A stretch of DNA of 61,195 bases, counting the filler, from Actinomycetota bacterium (GTDB lineage Bacteria > Actinomycetota > Acidimicrobiia > IMCC26256 > VFJJ01), in the NCBI GenBank assembly GCA_009886115.1. It is 4 parts of 4 records of this genome, joined end to end, with 100 filler letters (N's around TTAATTAATTAA, not from the genome) between each part and the next. Parts side by side here need not be neighbours in the genome. Positions count along the whole stretch, not along the records: positions 1 to 17,465 come from VFJJ01000005.1; positions 17,566 to 46,757 come from VFJJ01000087.1; 2 more parts are not named here. The stretch is one strand, 5' to 3'. Below are positions 1-18,177 of this stretch, piece by piece. Within the stretch, counting starts at the first letter, position 1; each line of letters opens with the position of its first letter. The translations under genes were made by a program, and so were the position numbers. The notes under the pieces are model-generated. The model saw only the letters and a list, made by a program, of their open reading frames with translations, searched no databases and was not told where the DNA came from.

Positions 1-1186
1 ACTTGAGGATCTTGATGACTCGCCCAGCGCCCACGGTACGACCACCCTCACGAATCGCGAACCGGAGACCATCCTCCATCGCGATCGGGTTGATCAACGT
101 CACATTCATCTCCGTGTTATCACCAGGCATCACCATCTCAACACCCTCAGGCAACTGACACGCACCCGTAATATCCGTCGTCCGGAAATAGAACTGCGGC
201 CGATAATTATTGAAGAACGGCGTATGACGACCACCCTCCTCCTTCGACAAAATATACACCTGCCCCACAAAATCAGTATGCGGCGTAATCGACCCCGGCT
301 TCGCTAGAACCTGACCACGCTCAACATCATCCTTCTTCGTACCCCGCAACAACGCACCGATGTTGTCACCCGCCCGACCCTCATCGAGCAACTTCCGGAA
401 CATCTCAACACCCGTACACACCGACTTCGTCGTCGCACGAATCCCGACGATCTCCACCTCATCACCCGTGTGAACGATCCCCCGCTCCACACGACCCGTC
501 ACAACCGTCCCACGACCCGTGATCGTGAACACATCCTCGATCGGCATCAAGAACGGCAGATCCACCGCCCGAGCCGGCTCAGGAATCCCCTCATCCACCG
601 CAGCCATCAACGCCATGATCGCATCCGACCACGCCGGATCACCCTCCAACGCCCGCAACGCCGACACCCGAACCACCGGAATGTCATCACCAGGGAACTC
701 GTACGCGCTCAACAACTCACGCACCTCAAGCTCCACCAACTCCAAAATCTCCTCATCATCCACAGCATCCGACTTGTTCAACGCAACCACAATCGCCGGA
801 ACACCCACCTGCCGCGCCAACAACACATGCTCACGCGTCTGCGGCATCGGACCATCCGTCGCCGCCACCACCAAAATCGCACCATCCATCTGCGCAGCAC
901 CCGTAATCATGTTCTTGATATAATCAGCATGACCCGGACAATCCACATGCGCATAATGACGATTCACCGTCTCATACTCAACATGCGCAATCGAAATCGT
1001 AATACCACGCGCCTTCTCCTCCGGCGCCTTATCAATCTGATCAAACGGCGTAAACGACACCCCAGAAACCCGCTCCGACAACACCTTCGTGATCGCCGCC
1101 GTCAACGTCGTCTTCCCATGGTCAATATGACCAATCGTACCAATATTCAAATGCGGCTTCGTCCGCTCGAACTTCTGCTTACCCAT
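1..1186 (-). CDS. tuf: Elongation factor Tu (copy downstream of fusA); stop codon cut by the window edge
   Basis: Manual translation from ATG at 1186: [27 protein letters not shown]...DCPGHADY...NKSD...[20 protein letters not shown]. Absent from the ORF track because the stop is off the edge. Confidence 0.98.
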   Translation of the reverse strand, partial: MGKQKFERTKPHLNIGTIGHIDHGKTTLTAAITKVLSERVSGVSFTPFDQIDKAPEEKARGITISIAHVEYETVNRHYAHVDCPGHADYIKNMITGAAQMDGAILVVAATDGPMPQTREHVLLARQVGVPAIVVALNKSDAVDDEEILELVELEVRELLSAYEFPGDDIPVVRVSALRALEGDPAWSDAIMALMAAVDEGIPEPARAVDLPFLMPIEDVFTITGRGTVVTGRVERGIVHTGDEVEIVGIRATTKSVCTGVEMFRKLLDEGRAGDNIGALLRGTKKDDVERGQVLAKPGSITPHTDFVGQVYILSKEEGGRHTPFFNNYRPQFYFRTTDITGACQLPEGVEMVMPGDNTEMNVTLINPIAMEDGLRFAIREGGRTVGAGRVIKILK

Positions 1187-1236
1187 GGCGGTGCCCTTTG
1201 ACTGGTCTTTGAGAAGGAGGACGGGATTGCGTGCTG

Positions 1237-3342
<2,106 letters not shown>

Positions 3343-3478
3343 GCGTCTCTACCTCAGGGATTGTGGCTGGGCCGTCGCCTCGACAGCTCTGCTCGGTCAG
3401 GCAAACGGCCGGGCTGAGCGCCCGGCCGGTGTCGCGGGTCCCGGTGGCCCGCACGTACTCACTGTGCGAGCTACCGAT

Positions 3479-3949
3479 CTACCACCGATAGTGGGCGAAC
3501 GCCTTGTTCGACTCAGCCATCTTGTGCATGTCCTCACGGCGCTTCACCGCGGCGCCGACGCCGTTGCTCGCGTCGAGGAGCTCGTTGGCCAAGCGCAGCG
3601 CCATCGTCCGCTCACGGCGCTGACGGGCGTACCCGACGACCCAGCGGATGGCCAGGGTCGTGGCCCGCCGGGGGCGCACCTCGACCGGAACCTGGTAGGT
3701 CGCGCCACCGACACGTCGGCTGCGAACCTCGAGCTGCGGCTTGACGTTGTCGATCGCCCGCTTGAGGGTCTGGAGCGGATCACCGCTCGTCTTCTCGGCG
3801 ATCACCTTCAGGGCCTCGTAGACGATCGACTCAGCGACCGAACGCTTGCCGGCGAGGAGAATCTTGTTCACGACCTGGGTCACGAGCACCGATCGATAGA
3901 TCGGGTCGGGCATGAGATCACGGCGGGGTGCGGGACCCTTCCGGGGCAT
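3479..3949 (-). CDS. rpsG: 30S ribosomal protein S7
   Basis: [10 protein letters not shown]...[15 protein letters not shown]...[12 protein letters not shown]. Confidence 0.99.
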   Translation of the reverse strand: MPRKGPAPRRDLMPDPIYRSVLVTQVVNKILLAGKRSVAESIVYEALKVIAEKTSGDPLQTLKRAIDNVKPQLEVRSRRVGGATYQVPVEVRPRRATTLAIRWVVGYARQRRERTMALRLANELLDASNGVGAAVKRREDMHKMAESNKAFAHYRW

Positions 3950-3988
3950 AGCGGGGTTCTCCCTCTCGGCGCGAGCTGACGCGCCCGG

Positions 3989-4366
<378 letters not shown>

Positions 4367-4476
4367 GCTGTCCTCGCCTGCGGAATTCGCATGGATCGAT
4401 CGGCCATCGCGGCCGACAGCCGGCTGGTCAATCTATGTGGAAGATGGGAGTCTGGGCAAGCTGGGGGTTTCGGGCC

Positions 4477-8493
<4,017 letters not shown>

Positions 8494-8562
8494 GGTGCTG
8501 CCTCTTTCCGTTTCGGAAGTGGTCGTCAGCTCTGGTCGGGGAACGCGAGAACCGAGCGGGGA

Positions 8563-11500
8563 TCAGAACGCCGGTTGGCGTCGACGCTCGTCCTCGTCGT
8601 CGGTGCCGCGCTCGGGCCGTGACAGGTCGATCCCGAGCTCCTCGACGGCGCGGAACGCTTCCTCGTCGAGCTCACGCATCTGGATCTCGTCACCGGTCGT
8701 CGAGAGCACCTCGACGTTGAGACACAGGGCCTGCATCTCCTTGATCAACACCTTGAAGCTCTCGGGGATCCCGGGCTCGGGGATGTTCTCGCCCTTGACG
8801 ATGGCCTCGTAGACCTTCACGCGACCGAGCACGTCGTCGGACTTGATGGTGAGCAATTCCTGGAGGGCGTAGGCCGCGCCGTACGCCTCGAGGGCCCACA
8901 CCTCCATCTCACCGAATCGCTGACCACCGAACTGCGCCTTACCGCCCAGCGGCTGCTGGGTGATCATCGAGTAGGGGCCGGTCGAGCGAGCGTGGATCTT
9001 GTCGTCGACGAGGTGGGCCAGCTTCAGGATGTACACGTACCCGACGGTGACTTCCTTGTCGAAGGGCTCGCCGCTGCGCCCGTCGTAGAGCATCGTCTTG
9101 CCGTCGTTGCCGATGAGGTGCGTTCCGTCGGCGCCGTCGGGATGCAGATCGGTGAAGATCTGCTTGATGGTCGGCACCTTGCCCGCCGGGTCGACCTCGT
9201 CGTAGTGGGCCCCGTCGAAGACGGGCGTGTTGATCCACACGGCCGGGTCGGTGGTGGGACGGGTCTTGGTCGGCAGGGCCGGGCGAACCGCCTGGCCCTT
9301 CCAGCCGTGCATCGCCGCGTACCCCAGGTGGGCCTCGAGGACCTGCCCCACGTTCATGCGGCTCGGCACGCCGAGCGGGTTCAAGATGATGTCGACGGGG
9401 CTCCCGTCGGCCAGGTACGGCATGTCCTCGACCCGGAGGATCTTGGAGATGACGCCCTTGTTGCCGTGGCGCCCCGCGAGCTTGTCGCCCTCGGAGATCT
9501 TGCGCTTCTGGGCCACGTAGACCCGCACGAGCTGGTTGACCCCGGGCGGGAGCTCGTGGCCGTCTTCACGGGAGAACACCCGCACGTCGATGACCTTGCC
9601 CGTCTCGCCGTGGGGCACCTTGAGCGACGTGTCGCGGACCTCGCGGGCCTTCTCGCCGAAGATCGCTCGGAGGAGCCGTTCCTCGGGGGTGAGCTCGGTC
9701 TCGCCCTTGGGCGTGACCTTGCCAACCAGCACGTCGCCGGGACCGACCTCGGCACCGACGCGGATGATGCCGCGCTCGTCGAGGTCCTTGAGGATCTCGT
9801 CGGAGAGGTTCGGGATGTCGCGAGTGATCTCCTCGGCGCCCAGCTTGGTGTCGCGGGCGTCGATCTCGTGCTCTTGGATGTGGATCGAGGTCAGCACGTC
9901 GTCGCGCACGAGGCGCTCGGAGATGATGATGGCGTCCTCGAAGTTGTGACCGTCCCAGGGCATGAAGGCCACGAGCAGGTTCTTGCCCAGCCCGAGCTCG
10001 CCCTTCTGCGTGGAGGGGCCGTCGGCGAGCACCGCACCGCTCTCGACGACGTCGCCCTCGTTGACGAGCGGCTTCTGGTTGATGCACGTGTCCTGGTTGG
10101 AACGGCGGAACTTGTTGAGCCGGTGCGTGATCCGCTTGAGCTTGGGATCGTCGTAGTCGACGACGATCGCGTCGCCGGTGACCTCGATGACCACGCCGGC
10201 ACCGCGAGAGAGGATCAGATCGCCGGCGTCCTGGGCCGCCCGAGCCTCGACACCGGTTCCGATGTACGGGGCCTCGGCCCGCACCAGGGGTACGGCCTGG
10301 CGCTGCATGTTCGAGCCCATGAGGGCCCGGTTGGCGTCGTCGTGCTCGAGGAACGGGATGAGCGAGGTCGCGACCGAGACGATCTGCTTGGGCGAGACGT
10401 CCATGTAGTCGACACGCTCGGGCTCCACGTACGCGATCTGGCCCTTGCGCGTGCGCACGAGCACGCGGTCGCCCGCGAAACGGCCGTCGTCTTCCAGCTG
10501 GGCGTTGGCCTGGGCGATGACGTACCGGTCTTCGTCGTCGGCCGCGAGATAGAGGATCTCGTCGGTCACGCGGCCGTTGTCGACGGTCCGGTACGGCGTC
10601 TCGATGAAGCCGAACCGGTTCACCCGGGCGAACGACGCCAGCGAGCCGATGAGCCCGATGTTCGGCCCTTCCGGAGTCTCGATGGGGCACATGCGTCCGT
10701 AGTGCGACGGGTGCACGTCGCGGACCTCGAAACCGGCCCGCTCACGTGAGAGACCGCCGGGCCCGAGGGCCGACAGGCGCCGCTTGTGCGTGAGGCCGGC
10801 GAGCGGGTTGGTCTGGTCCATGAACTGCGAGAGCTGCGAGGAGCCGAAGAACTCCTTGATGGCTGCCACGACCGGACGGATGTTGATGAGGGTCTGGGGC
10901 GTGATCGCCTCGACGTCCTGGGTCGTCATCCGCTCACGGACGACGCGCTCCATACGGGAGAGCCCGATGCGGACCTGGTTCTGGATCAGCTCGCCGACCG
11001 AGCGCACCCGACGGTTGCCGAAGTGGTCGATGTCGTCGTCCCAGTAGTCGGCCTCGAGCGCGTGGAGCTTCACGATGTAGGAGACCGTGGCGAGGATGTC
11101 GGCGCGGGTGAGCGTGAAGTCGCGAGCGCCGGGCGCTTCGAGGCCCAAGCCGTCGAACGTCGACTGCAGCTTGACGTGCTCCTCGCCGAGCTTCTTGTTC
11201 ACCTTGTGCCGTCCGACCTTGGCGAGGTCGTACCGCTTCGGGTTGAAGAACAGTCCCTCGAGGAGGCTCCGAGCGGCCTCGACGGTCGGGGGCTCGCCGG
11301 GGCGGAGCTTCCGGTAGATGTCTTGGAGCGCGTCTTCGATGGTGTTGGTCGAGTCCTTGTCGAGCGTGTTGCGCATCGACTCGAACGGGACGCCATCGGC
11401 GTCGAGGAAGAGATTGAGCAGCGCGTCGGGGTCGGCGGTCTCGCCACCGAACTCGAGGGCCTTCAGCAAGACGCTGACGGGCTGCTTGCGCTTGCGGTCG

Positions 11501-12042
11501 ACCCGGACGTAGACGATGTCCTTCTTGTCGACCTCGAACTCGAGCCAGGCTCCGCGCGCCGGGATGATCTTGGCGTCGACGATGTCCTTCTCGGGGTTGG
11601 TCTTGTCGGGGTTGACCCCGAAGTAGACGCCCGGCGAGCGGACGAGCTGGGAGACGACGACACGCTCGGTGCCGTTGATGATGAAGGTGCCCTTCTCGGT
11701 CATCATCGGGAAGTCCCCCATGAAGACCGTCTGCTCCTTGATCTCACCGGTCTGGGCGTTCATGAAGCGAGCCGTGACGAACAGCGGCCGCGAGTAGGTC
11801 ATGTCCTTCTCGCGGCACTCCGTCTCGGAGTACTTCGGGGGCTCGAACTCGTGATCAGCGAGCTCGAGCTTCAGGGTTCCGGTGAAGTCCTCGATCGGGG
11901 AGATGTCGGCGAGAACCTCGGCGATTCCCTCGTTGATGAACCATTCAAAGGACTCTCGCTGCACCTCGATGAGGTTGGGGAGTTCCCTGACCTCACGGAG
12001 CTTGGCGAAGGAGAAACGTTCCCGGAGCGCGGGACGAGACAA
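8563..12042 (-). CDS. rpoB: RNA polymerase beta subunit
   Basis: [50 protein letters not shown]. Start placed at TTG 12042 behind SD AGAAGGAG; the ORF-track start at 12336 is over-extended. Confidence 0.98.
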   Translation of the reverse strand: MSRPALRERFSFAKLREVRELPNLIEVQRESFEWFINEGIAEVLADISPIEDFTGTLKLELADHEFEPPKYSETECREKDMTYSRPLFVTARFMNAQTGEIKEQTVFMGDFPMMTEKGTFIINGTERVVVSQLVRSPGVYFGVNPDKTNPEKDIVDAKIIPARGAWLEFEVDKKDIVYVRVDRKRKQPVSVLLKALEFGGETADPDALLNLFLDADGVPFESMRNTLDKDSTNTIEDALQDIYRKLRPGEPPTVEAARSLLEGLFFNPKRYDLAKVGRHKVNKKLGEEHVKLQSTFDGLGLEAPGARDFTLTRADILATVSYIVKLHALEADYWDDDIDHFGNRRVRSVGELIQNQVRIGLSRMERVVRERMTTQDVEAITPQTLINIRPVVAAIKEFFGSSQLSQFMDQTNPLAGLTHKRRLSALGPGGLSRERAGFEVRDVHPSHYGRMCPIETPEGPNIGLIGSLASFARVNRFGFIETPYRTVDNGRVTDEILYLAADDEDRYVIAQANAQLEDDGRFAGDRVLVRTRKGQIAYVEPERVDYMDVSPKQIVSVATSLIPFLEHDDANRALMGSNMQRQAVPLVRAEAPYIGTGVEARAAQDAGDLILSRGAGVVIEVTGDAIVVDYDDPKLKRITHRLNKFRRSNQDTCINQKPLVNEGDVVESGAVLADGPSTQKGELGLGKNLLVAFMPWDGHNFEDAIIISERLVRDDVLTSIHIQEHEIDARDTKLGAEEITRDIPNLSDEILKDLDERGIIRVGAEVGPGDVLVGKVTPKGETELTPEERLLRAIFGEKAREVRDTSLKVPHGETGKVIDVRVFSREDGHELPPGVNQLVRVYVAQKRKISEGDKLAGRHGNKGVISKILRVEDMPYLADGSPVDIILNPLGVPSRMNVGQVLEAHLGYAAMHGWKGQAVRPALPTKTRPTTDPAVWINTPVFDGAHYDEVDPAGKVPTIKQIFTDLHPDGADGTHLIGNDGKTMLYDGRSGEPFDKEVTVGYVYILKLAHLVDDKIHARSTGPYSMITQQPLGGKAQFGGQRFGEMEVWALEAYGAAYALQELLTIKSDDVLGRVKVYEAIVKGENIPEPGIPESFKVLIKEMQALCLNVEVLSTTGDEIQMRELDEEAFRAVEELGIDLSRPERGTDDEDERRRQPAF

Positions 12043-12360
12043 GATGCTCACTCCTTCTCGCACACAAGTGCGCGACGCAAAACGCCAGCGGGACGATCGT
12101 CGCCACGGCGGGAACACAGAGCACGTCGGTCGACGCCACACATCGGCAGACTCGGGTAGAAGCGCACGGCAACACGCAAGCATAGCCGCGGTCCGCGGAC
12201 CGGGTGCAATCGCGGGCTTCGTGGATTCCTGAGTCGAGTCGCACACCGGTTCGGGTGCGGAGTCTGCCTGACAGCGACGATACGGCGATCGGCGGTGTCC
12301 GTCAAGGTGGCAGCCGAGCACTGAGCCCAGCCGCACCCTCGAGCACCGGCCGACCGACGG

Positions 12361-12750
12361 CTACTTGATCTCGACGAGGGCACCGACCTCTTCGAACGCG
12401 GCCTTGGCCTTCTCGGCGTCGACCTTCGACACCTTCTCGAGGACGGTCTTGGGTGCGGCGTCGACGAGGTCCTTGGCCTCCTTGAGGCCCAGGCTGGTGA
12501 GGTCGCGGACGGTCTTGATGACCTTGACCTTCTGGTCGCCGGCAGCTTGGAGGATGACGTCGAACTCGTCCTTCTCCTCCTCGGCAGGCGCTTCGGCGGC
12601 CGAGCCACCGCCGCCTGCGGCGGCAACAGAGACGGGAGCGGCTGCGGTCACGCCGAACTGCTCCTCGAAGGACTTGAGGAACTCGCTGAGTTCCAGAACC
12701 GTCATGCTCTTGAAGATGTCGAGCAGGTCTGCGGTGCTCATCGATGCCAT
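12361..12750 (-). CDS. rplL: 50S ribosomal protein L7/L12
   Basis: [24 protein letters not shown]...[11 protein letters not shown]. Confidence 0.99.
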   Translation of the reverse strand: MASMSTADLLDIFKSMTVLELSEFLKSFEEQFGVTAAAPVSVAAAGGGGSAAEAPAEEEKDEFDVILQAAGDQKVKVIKTVRDLTSLGLKEAKDLVDAAPKTVLEKVSKVDAEKAKAAFEEVGALVEIK

Positions 12751-12783
12751 GGCGGCGAACCCTCCTGGGGTGTTTGGAACTCG

Positions 12784-12819
12784 GTGGAGAACGTGGAGAA
12801 GGTGGAGAAGGTGGAGAAC
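12784..12819. repeat. 9-bp tandem repeat GTGGAGAA(C/G) x4 in the rplJ-rplL spacer
   Basis: gtggagaac gtggagaag gtggagaag gtggagaac. Confidence 0.85.
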
Positions 12820-12856
12820 AGGTGCGGCGGGGATCGTGTGATCGGGGTGATGCCGC

Positions 12857-13426
12857 CTAGGCGGGCACCGGCTCGTGGTCGGCGGGGAGCGCCTCGCCGG
12901 CGGCGATGCGCTGGTCGATCAGGGCCTTGACGCCGTAGGCCATGTTCCGCGTGAACGCCTGGAACAGCCCGGCAGCCTTGACCATCGGGGCTTGCAAGGC
13001 GCCGGCGACCTTGGCCAGCAGGACCTCGCGAGGCTCGATGTCGGCGAGAGCGTTCACGTCGCGGGCACTCAACACCCGTCCGCCGAGCAGCCCGCCCTTG
13101 ACGGAGAACGCCGGCGAGACCTTGGCGAACTCGCGCAACGCTCGAGCAGCCTCGACCGGATCGCCGGTCACGAACGTGATGGCCGTGGGCCCCTCGAGGA
13201 GCTCGACGAGCCCGTCCTGCCCGGCCGCAGTCGCCGCTCGACGGGCGAGCGTGTTCTTGTAGACCTTGTACTGGGCCCCGCTGGGACGCAGCGCGGCACG
13301 CAGGTCGGCCAGATTCTTCACGGACAGACCGCGGTACTCCGTGAGGAGCGCCGCGTTCGATGCAGTGAGCTTCACGCGGATCTCGTCGACCGTCGCCACC
13401 TTCGCGGGGCGGGGGGTGCGTTCCAT
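12857..13426 (-). CDS. rplJ: 50S ribosomal protein L10
   Basis: TEYRGLSV...[12 protein letters not shown]...GPTAITF. Confidence 0.98.
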   Translation of the reverse strand: MERTPRPAKVATVDEIRVKLTASNAALLTEYRGLSVKNLADLRAALRPSGAQYKVYKNTLARRAATAAGQDGLVELLEGPTAITFVTGDPVEAARALREFAKVSPAFSVKGGLLGGRVLSARDVNALADIEPREVLLAKVAGALQAPMVKAAGLFQAFTRNMAYGVKALIDQRIAAGEALPADHEPVPA

Positions 13427-13471
13427 ACGGCAGGGCTCCAGGTCGGTTGTGAAACCGGGCGGTTGGACACA

Positions 13472-13585
13472 CGCGCCGAGGACCGGGAGGGTCGCTGGAA
13501 ACGGGCCTCGTCCGGCGGGGCCAGCCCATTACCCCTCGTGTCTCTCGAATCGAGAGCGACAGGGACCGGATGTCTACGGCGTGTG
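13472..13585 (-). promoter_or_regulatory. Probable L10 leader autoregulatory RNA
   Basis: 5' UTR of rplJ contains CCGTAGACATCCGG...GGGGTAAT...CCTCGGCG, resembling the L10-leader pattern; boundaries approximate. Confidence 0.55.
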
Positions 13586-13673
13586 GAAAGCGAGGTAACG
13601 GTAGTTCAGGCGGCACCCGTCCGACGAACTCGGGTCGTGGGGGAGAGGCGGACGGTGACTCTGAGCAGGTGAC

Positions 13674-14375
13674 TCAGACGGGGCGACCGGCCACCGTGGG
13701 GTCGACCTTCACGCCTGGGCCCATGGTCGAGGAGACCACGACACCCTTGACGTACTTGCCCTTGGAAGCGGCAGGCTTGGCCCGCATGAGCTCGTCCATC
13801 ACGGCGAAGTAGTTGGTGAGGAGATCGTCGCTGTCGAAGCTCACCTTGCCGATACCCGTGTGGACGTTGCCGTAGCGGTCGGTGCGGTACTCGACCCGGC
13901 CGCCCTTGAACTCGCGGACGGCCTTGGCGACATCGTCGGTCACGGTGCCCGTCTTGGGGTTGGGCATGAGTCCACGGGGACCGAGCACCCGGCCCAGGCG
14001 ACCGACCTGCCCCATGAGATCGGGGGTGGCGATGGCGATGTCGAAGTCGAACCAGCCGCCCTGGACCCGGTTCACGAGCTCGTCGAGACCGACGTGGTCG
14101 GCACCGGCCTCCTCGGCCTCCCGAGCCTTCTCGCCCGTCGCGAACACGGCGACCCTGACCGTCTTGCCGGTCCCGCTGGGCAGCGAGATCGTGCCTCGCA
14201 GCATCTGTTCGGCCTTGCGGGGATCGACTCCGAGCTTGAAGACGACCTCGACGGTCTCGTCGAAGCTCCGCTTCGACAACGAGCGCACGAGGTCGAACGC
14301 CTCGATGGGCTGGTGCAGATGCTGCTTGTCGTAACGCTTCGTGGCGTCGACGTACTTCTTGCCCTGCTGGACCAT
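13674..14375 (-). CDS. rplA: 50S ribosomal protein L1
   Basis: MVQQGKKY...[14 protein letters not shown]...[16 protein letters not shown]...STMGPG; ATG 14375 with SD GAGGAG. Confidence 0.98.
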   Translation of the reverse strand: MVQQGKKYVDATKRYDKQHLHQPIEAFDLVRSLSKRSFDETVEVVFKLGVDPRKAEQMLRGTISLPSGTGKTVRVAVFATGEKAREAEEAGADHVGLDELVNRVQGGWFDFDIAIATPDLMGQVGRLGRVLGPRGLMPNPKTGTVTDDVAKAVREFKGGRVEYRTDRYGNVHTGIGKVSFDSDDLLTNYFAVMDELMRAKPAASKGKYVKGVVVSSTMGPGVKVDPTVAGRPV

Positions 14376-14427
14376 GGGATGACTCCTCGTTCTCGTCTCA
14401 ACCTCAGCGGTGCGTGCGTGCGGGTCG

Positions 14428-14856
14428 TCAGTCGACGATGTCGATTCCCATCGAACGTGCGGTGCCCGAGATCTGTGCGAGGGCCCCGTCGAGGTCGATC
14501 GCATTGAGGTCGGGCATCTTGGTGTGGGCGATCTGACGCAGCTGGTCGTGGCTGATGGCGCCGACCTTGTCCTTGCGGGGGTTCGCAGAACCATGGTCGA
14601 GCCCAGCCGCCACCCGAATGAGGTAGGACGTGGGAGGAGTCTTCGTCACGAAGGTGAACGAGCGGTCGTTGAAGATCGTGATCTCCGCCGGGATGACCGC
14701 CCCGGCCTGAGACTCGGTCGCCGCGTTGTACGCCTTGCAGAACTCCATGATGTTGATGCCGTGCGGGCCCAGAGCCGTACCGACGGGCGGGGCCGGAGTG
14801 GCCTTGCCCGCCGTGATCTGGATCCGGACGATCGCCGTCACTTGCTTCTTCGCCAT
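14428..14856 (-). CDS. rplK: 50S ribosomal protein L11
   Basis: [30 protein letters not shown]. Confidence 0.99.
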   Translation of the reverse strand: MAKKQVTAIVRIQITAGKATPAPPVGTALGPHGINIMEFCKAYNAATESQAGAVIPAEITIFNDRSFTFVTKTPPTSYLIRVAAGLDHGSANPRKDKVGAISHDQLRQIAHTKMPDLNAIDLDGALAQISGTARSMGIDIVD

Positions 14857-14916
14857 GTGGCTCCCTCGAGAAGGTGGATGCGCCGCGCCGGCGAGGTGAT
14901 CCGGGCGGGATGGGTA

Positions 14917-15729
14917 TTACAGCTTGGCGACCTGGCCGAACTCCAACTCGACGGGAGTTTCACGGCCGAAGATGTTGACCAGCACCTTGAGACGGGACTG
15001 GTCGACGTTGATCTCGGAGATGACGCCGGTGAAGTCGGCGAACGGTCCGGCGACCACCCGCACCTGCTCGCCGACCTCGAACTCGAGGCGCGGGCGGGCC
15101 TTCTTCTCGGGCGTGACGCCGTCGGCTTCCATCTTGACGCCGAGGATGGCCTCGACCTCTTTGCGCGAGAGCGACGTGGGCTTGGCCCCACCCCCGACGA
15201 AACCGGTGACGCCTGGCGTGTCGCGCACGACCCGCCAGGAATCGTCGTCGAGGCGCATGCGACACAGCAGGTAGCCCGGGAAGACCTTCCGCTGGACGAT
15301 CACCTTGCGGCCGGCCTTGAACTCGATGACGTCTTCCATGGGGATGACGACCTCGAAGATCCGCTCCTCCATGTTCATCGACCGGACACGGCTCTCGAGG
15401 TTCGACTTCACCTTGTTCTCGTAGCCGGCGTAGGTGTGCACCACGTACCACGAGCCGGGCCGGTCGTAGGGGCTCGGCTCGCGCGGGGGCGACGGCGGCT
15501 CGTCGTCGAACACGGCGAGCAGATCGGCGTCACCCGTGAGCTCGACGATCTCGACGATCTCGACGTCGGTCTCGCCACCTTCGGTCTCGCCACCTTCGGC
15601 GTCTCCGCCCTCATGGTCCGCGGGGCTGTCGGCGGGCGCGTCTTCGGATGTGGTATGTGCTTCGAGTACAGGGTCCACCGTGTCGTCCTCGTGGGGGTCG
15701 CCGAGCTCGTCGGGGTCGGCGTCGCTCAT
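14917..15729 (-). CDS. nusG: Transcription termination/antitermination factor NusG with acidic N-terminal extension
   Basis: [54 protein letters not shown] overlaps the secE stop. Confidence 0.97.
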   Translation of the reverse strand: MSDADPDELGDPHEDDTVDPVLEAHTTSEDAPADSPADHEGGDAEGGETEGGETDVEIVEIVELTGDADLLAVFDDEPPSPPREPSPYDRPGSWYVVHTYAGYENKVKSNLESRVRSMNMEERIFEVVIPMEDVIEFKAGRKVIVQRKVFPGYLLCRMRLDDDSWRVVRDTPGVTGFVGGGAKPTSLSRKEVEAILGVKMEADGVTPEKKARPRLEFEVGEQVRVVAGPFADFTGVISEINVDQSRLKVLVNIFGRETPVELEFGQVAKL

Positions 15730-16007
15730 TCGTACAGCCAGAAGACGAGTTGGCTGAACGTCCAGTCGAAGCCGAAGATGAGGGCCGTCATGACGATGAC
15801 CGCCACCAGGACGATCAGCGTCGAGTTGACGACCTCGGGCTTGGTCGGCCACGCAACCTTGCGCAGCTCGCCCTTGACCTCGCCGAGGTACTCGCTCACC
15901 GAGGTCCGGTCGCCCTTGTTGACGGGCGCGGGTGGGCGCCGACGCTCGGAGGAGCTTCCCCCGACCGACTCCTGGCGCTTCATCATCCGCTTGGTCTGTC
16001 GGTTCAC
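15726..16007 (-). CDS. secE: Preprotein translocase subunit SecE
   Basis: ELRKVAWPT followed by a TM helix; GTG start at 16007. Confidence 0.93.
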   Translation of the reverse strand: MNRQTKRMMKRQESVGGSSSERRRPPAPVNKGDRTSVSEYLGEVKGELRKVAWPTKPEVVNSTLIVLVAVIVMTALIFGFDWTFSQLVFWLYE

Positions 16008-16092
16008 GAGCCCACCTCGGGTTCGCCAGTCGGGGCCGCCTCGCCGAGTCGCGTTCCGGGGACGAGCCACGGAACATCGGAAGGCGGATGAG

Positions 16093-16165
<73 letters not shown>

Positions 16166-16225
16166 GGGTCTGCGCCCCCAGCGATAGGACACGGCAAAGC
16201 GCCCAGAAGCAGGGGGAACCTGTTG

Positions 16226-16234
16226 AGGTTAGCA
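16226..16234 (-). promoter_or_regulatory. Putative extended -10 (TGCTAACCT) for tRNA-Trp/secE/nusG
   Basis: TGn-TAnnnT match about 60 bp upstream of the tRNA. Confidence 0.45.
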
Positions 16235-16288
16235 GCGGGACCACCCCGGGCCCTCAGCGAACCGCCGAGGAGCGATCGTCGGGGTTGC

Positions 16289-16654
16289 TCACCCCCCCGC
16301 GATCGGAGCGCGGCGGCGGCTCCGCAACGCCAGAACGGTCACGGTCGTGGCTGCGATGACGAGGAGCCCCCCCACGGCGGCGAGGTAGGCCAGCCGGCGT
16401 CCGGTGAGCATCGATCGGATGGCCCGTTGCTCGCCCGCTTCCCAGAGGTTGACCAACGTGCGTGACAAGGCGTCGGGCGACGGCTCGAGGTAACGCGTGC
16501 GCAACTCGCGAAGCTCGCGGAGCATCCGGCGGTAGCGGACGAGATCGGCCTGGCAGCGCAAGCAGGTCTCGATGTGCACTCGTACCTCGACCGACGGGGT
16601 TCCCCCAGCGTCGAGCAGCGCTGGGAGCAACGCCTGGACCTCGTCGCACTTCAT
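16289..16654 (-). CDS. Zinc-binding anti-sigma factor (ZAS/zf-HC2) with C-terminal TM helix
   Basis: C...HIETCLRC (HxxxCxxC); ATGA overlap with the sigma gene. Confidence 0.85.
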   Translation of the reverse strand: MKCDEVQALLPALLDAGGTPSVEVRVHIETCLRCQADLVRYRRMLRELRELRTRYLEPSPDALSRTLVNLWEAGEQRAIRSMLTGRRLAYLAAVGGLLVIAATTVTVLALRSRRRAPIAGG

Positions 16655-17253
16655 TCCGTGCTCTCCTTGGAGGGCCGATCGTCATACAGGAGGTCGCGGA
16701 GCTGCTTCCGGGCGCGGTGCAGGCGCACCTTGGCTGCGGCTTCAGAGATGTCCAACTGGTCGGCAATCTCCTCGTGAGCGAGCCCGTACACGTCCTTGAG
16801 GACCACCACGGCCCGGAGCTTCGACGGGAGCTGGGCGACGGCCATGGCAAGGCGCGACTGGAGAGCAGCCGTCTCGGCCTTCTCCTCGGGGCTCGGCGCG
16901 TGCTCGTCGGCGATCTCGGTTCGCAGCTCCCCGAGCGGCACCGATCGGTGGCGCCTGCGCTTGTTGACGTGGCTGTACGCGGTGTTGGCCGTGATCCGGT
17001 ACAACCACGTGGAGAAGTGGGCGTCGCCGCGGAACGACTTCAACCCCCTCCAGGCGCGCAGGTAGGCCTCCTGCACGACGTCGTGTGCATCCTCGCGATT
17101 GCCGGTGAGCCGCACCGCCAGGGTGTAGGTCTCGGTGTACGTGCGCCGCACGAGCTCCTCGAACGCCATCCGGTCGCCATCGCGAGCGGCCGAGATCAGC
17201 GCGTGATCGCCTTCCGGGCCGTTCCCGGAACCCGGCGCGTCAGACTCGGTCAC
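16651..17253 (-). CDS. ECF RNA polymerase sigma factor
   Basis: DAHDVVQEAYLRAW, FSTWLYRITAN (region 2); region 4 HTH EEIADQLDISEAAAKVRLHRAR. Confidence 0.93.
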   Translation of the reverse strand: MTESDAPGSGNGPEGDHALISAARDGDRMAFEELVRRTYTETYTLAVRLTGNREDAHDVVQEAYLRAWRGLKSFRGDAHFSTWLYRITANTAYSHVNKRRRHRSVPLGELRTEIADEHAPSPEEKAETAALQSRLAMAVAQLPSKLRAVVVLKDVYGLAHEEIADQLDISEAAAKVRLHRARKQLRDLLYDDRPSKESTE

Positions 17254-17354
17254 TGCTCACAACGTTACCCGGGCGTTGCGTGCCCCTCCTCGGACCCGGG
17301 CCCACGGCACGCGAGCCCGGATCGCTCACCTCGTTCGTCCGGTGGGCTCCGAGA

Positions 17355-17465
17355 TCACTTGAGGATCTTGATGACTCGCCCAGCGCCCACGGTACGACCA
17401 CCCTCACGAATCGCGAACCGGAGACCATCCTCCATCGCGATCGGGTTGATCAACGTCACATTCAT
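17355..17465 (-). CDS. tuf: 3' end of a second EF-Tu copy, truncated by the contig end
   Basis: 17357-17465 is identical to 1-109; encodes [36 protein letters not shown]. Confidence 0.92.
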   Translation of the reverse strand: MNVTLINPIAMEDGLRFAIREGGRTVGAGRVIKILK

Positions 17466-17565
17466 NNNNNNNNNNNNNNNNNNNNNNNNNNNNNNNNNNN
17501 NNNNNNNNNTTAATTAATTAANNNNNNNNNNNNNNNNNNNNNNNNNNNNNNNNNNNNNNNNNNNN
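17466..17565. other. Artificial contig linker
   Basis: N44-TTAATTAATTAA-N44 (stops in all six frames). Confidence 0.99.
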
Positions 17566-18113
17566 AGCATGGCCAGCGTGTAGCGGCGGCGGGATCCGTC
17601 GGTCGCCTCGAACACGTCGAACGCCACGTTCTTGTGCTCGACCTCCTCGGCCAGATGCCACATGAACAGGCGGCTCACGGCGGGATCGGCGCCGTCGACG
17701 AGCCGGGGGACTCGACGCTCGACCCAACGGGCCAGGGCCAGGCCGATCATCTCCGATGCTGCCGTGAAGGCCATGTTGAACGCCGCGCTCCGACGGGTGC
17801 CGAGGCGGCCGTAGACCCGCAGCATCAGTCGTTCCAAGCGTGCGACGGCGGGGTAGCGGGCTCGCACGAGGGCGTTGAAACGACGGTGCTCGGTGTGGTG
17901 GTGCGCTTCCTCGGCCACGAAGCGTTCGGTCGCCTGCACAAGCTCCGGGGTGAGCGAGGCCTGGACTGCTCGGATCGAGCGGATGAAGTAGGGCTCGACG
18001 GCCGGCATCATCAGCGACACGCCATTGATGGCGCACGAGAGCTCGACCAGTCGCCGGTTCCACATCGGATCGACGCTGACCGGCGTGACCGAGGCGTCGC
18101 TCGAGGGGTCCAC
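17566..18113 (-). CDS. Predicted metal-dependent hydrolase (ferritin-like ExxH motifs), 3' truncated
   Basis: SLMMPAVEPYFIRS, FVAEEAHHHTEHRRFN, WHLAEEVEHKNVAFDVF; start uncertain. Confidence 0.75.
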
Positions 18114-18177
18114 GACCGTCGTATCGACGGAGTCGGTGCCCGCCTTGACGTTCGAGCATCGCCGCCTCCGATCCGGC

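Noticed and set aside
470..1201. His/Arg-rich 243-aa plus-strand ORF
   Set aside because: Antisense shadow of tuf caused by its skewed codon usage.
10760..10860. Possible rifampicin-resistance substitutions in rpoB
   Set aside because: The resistance-determining region keeps the usual Q, D, H and S residues ([22 protein letters not shown]).
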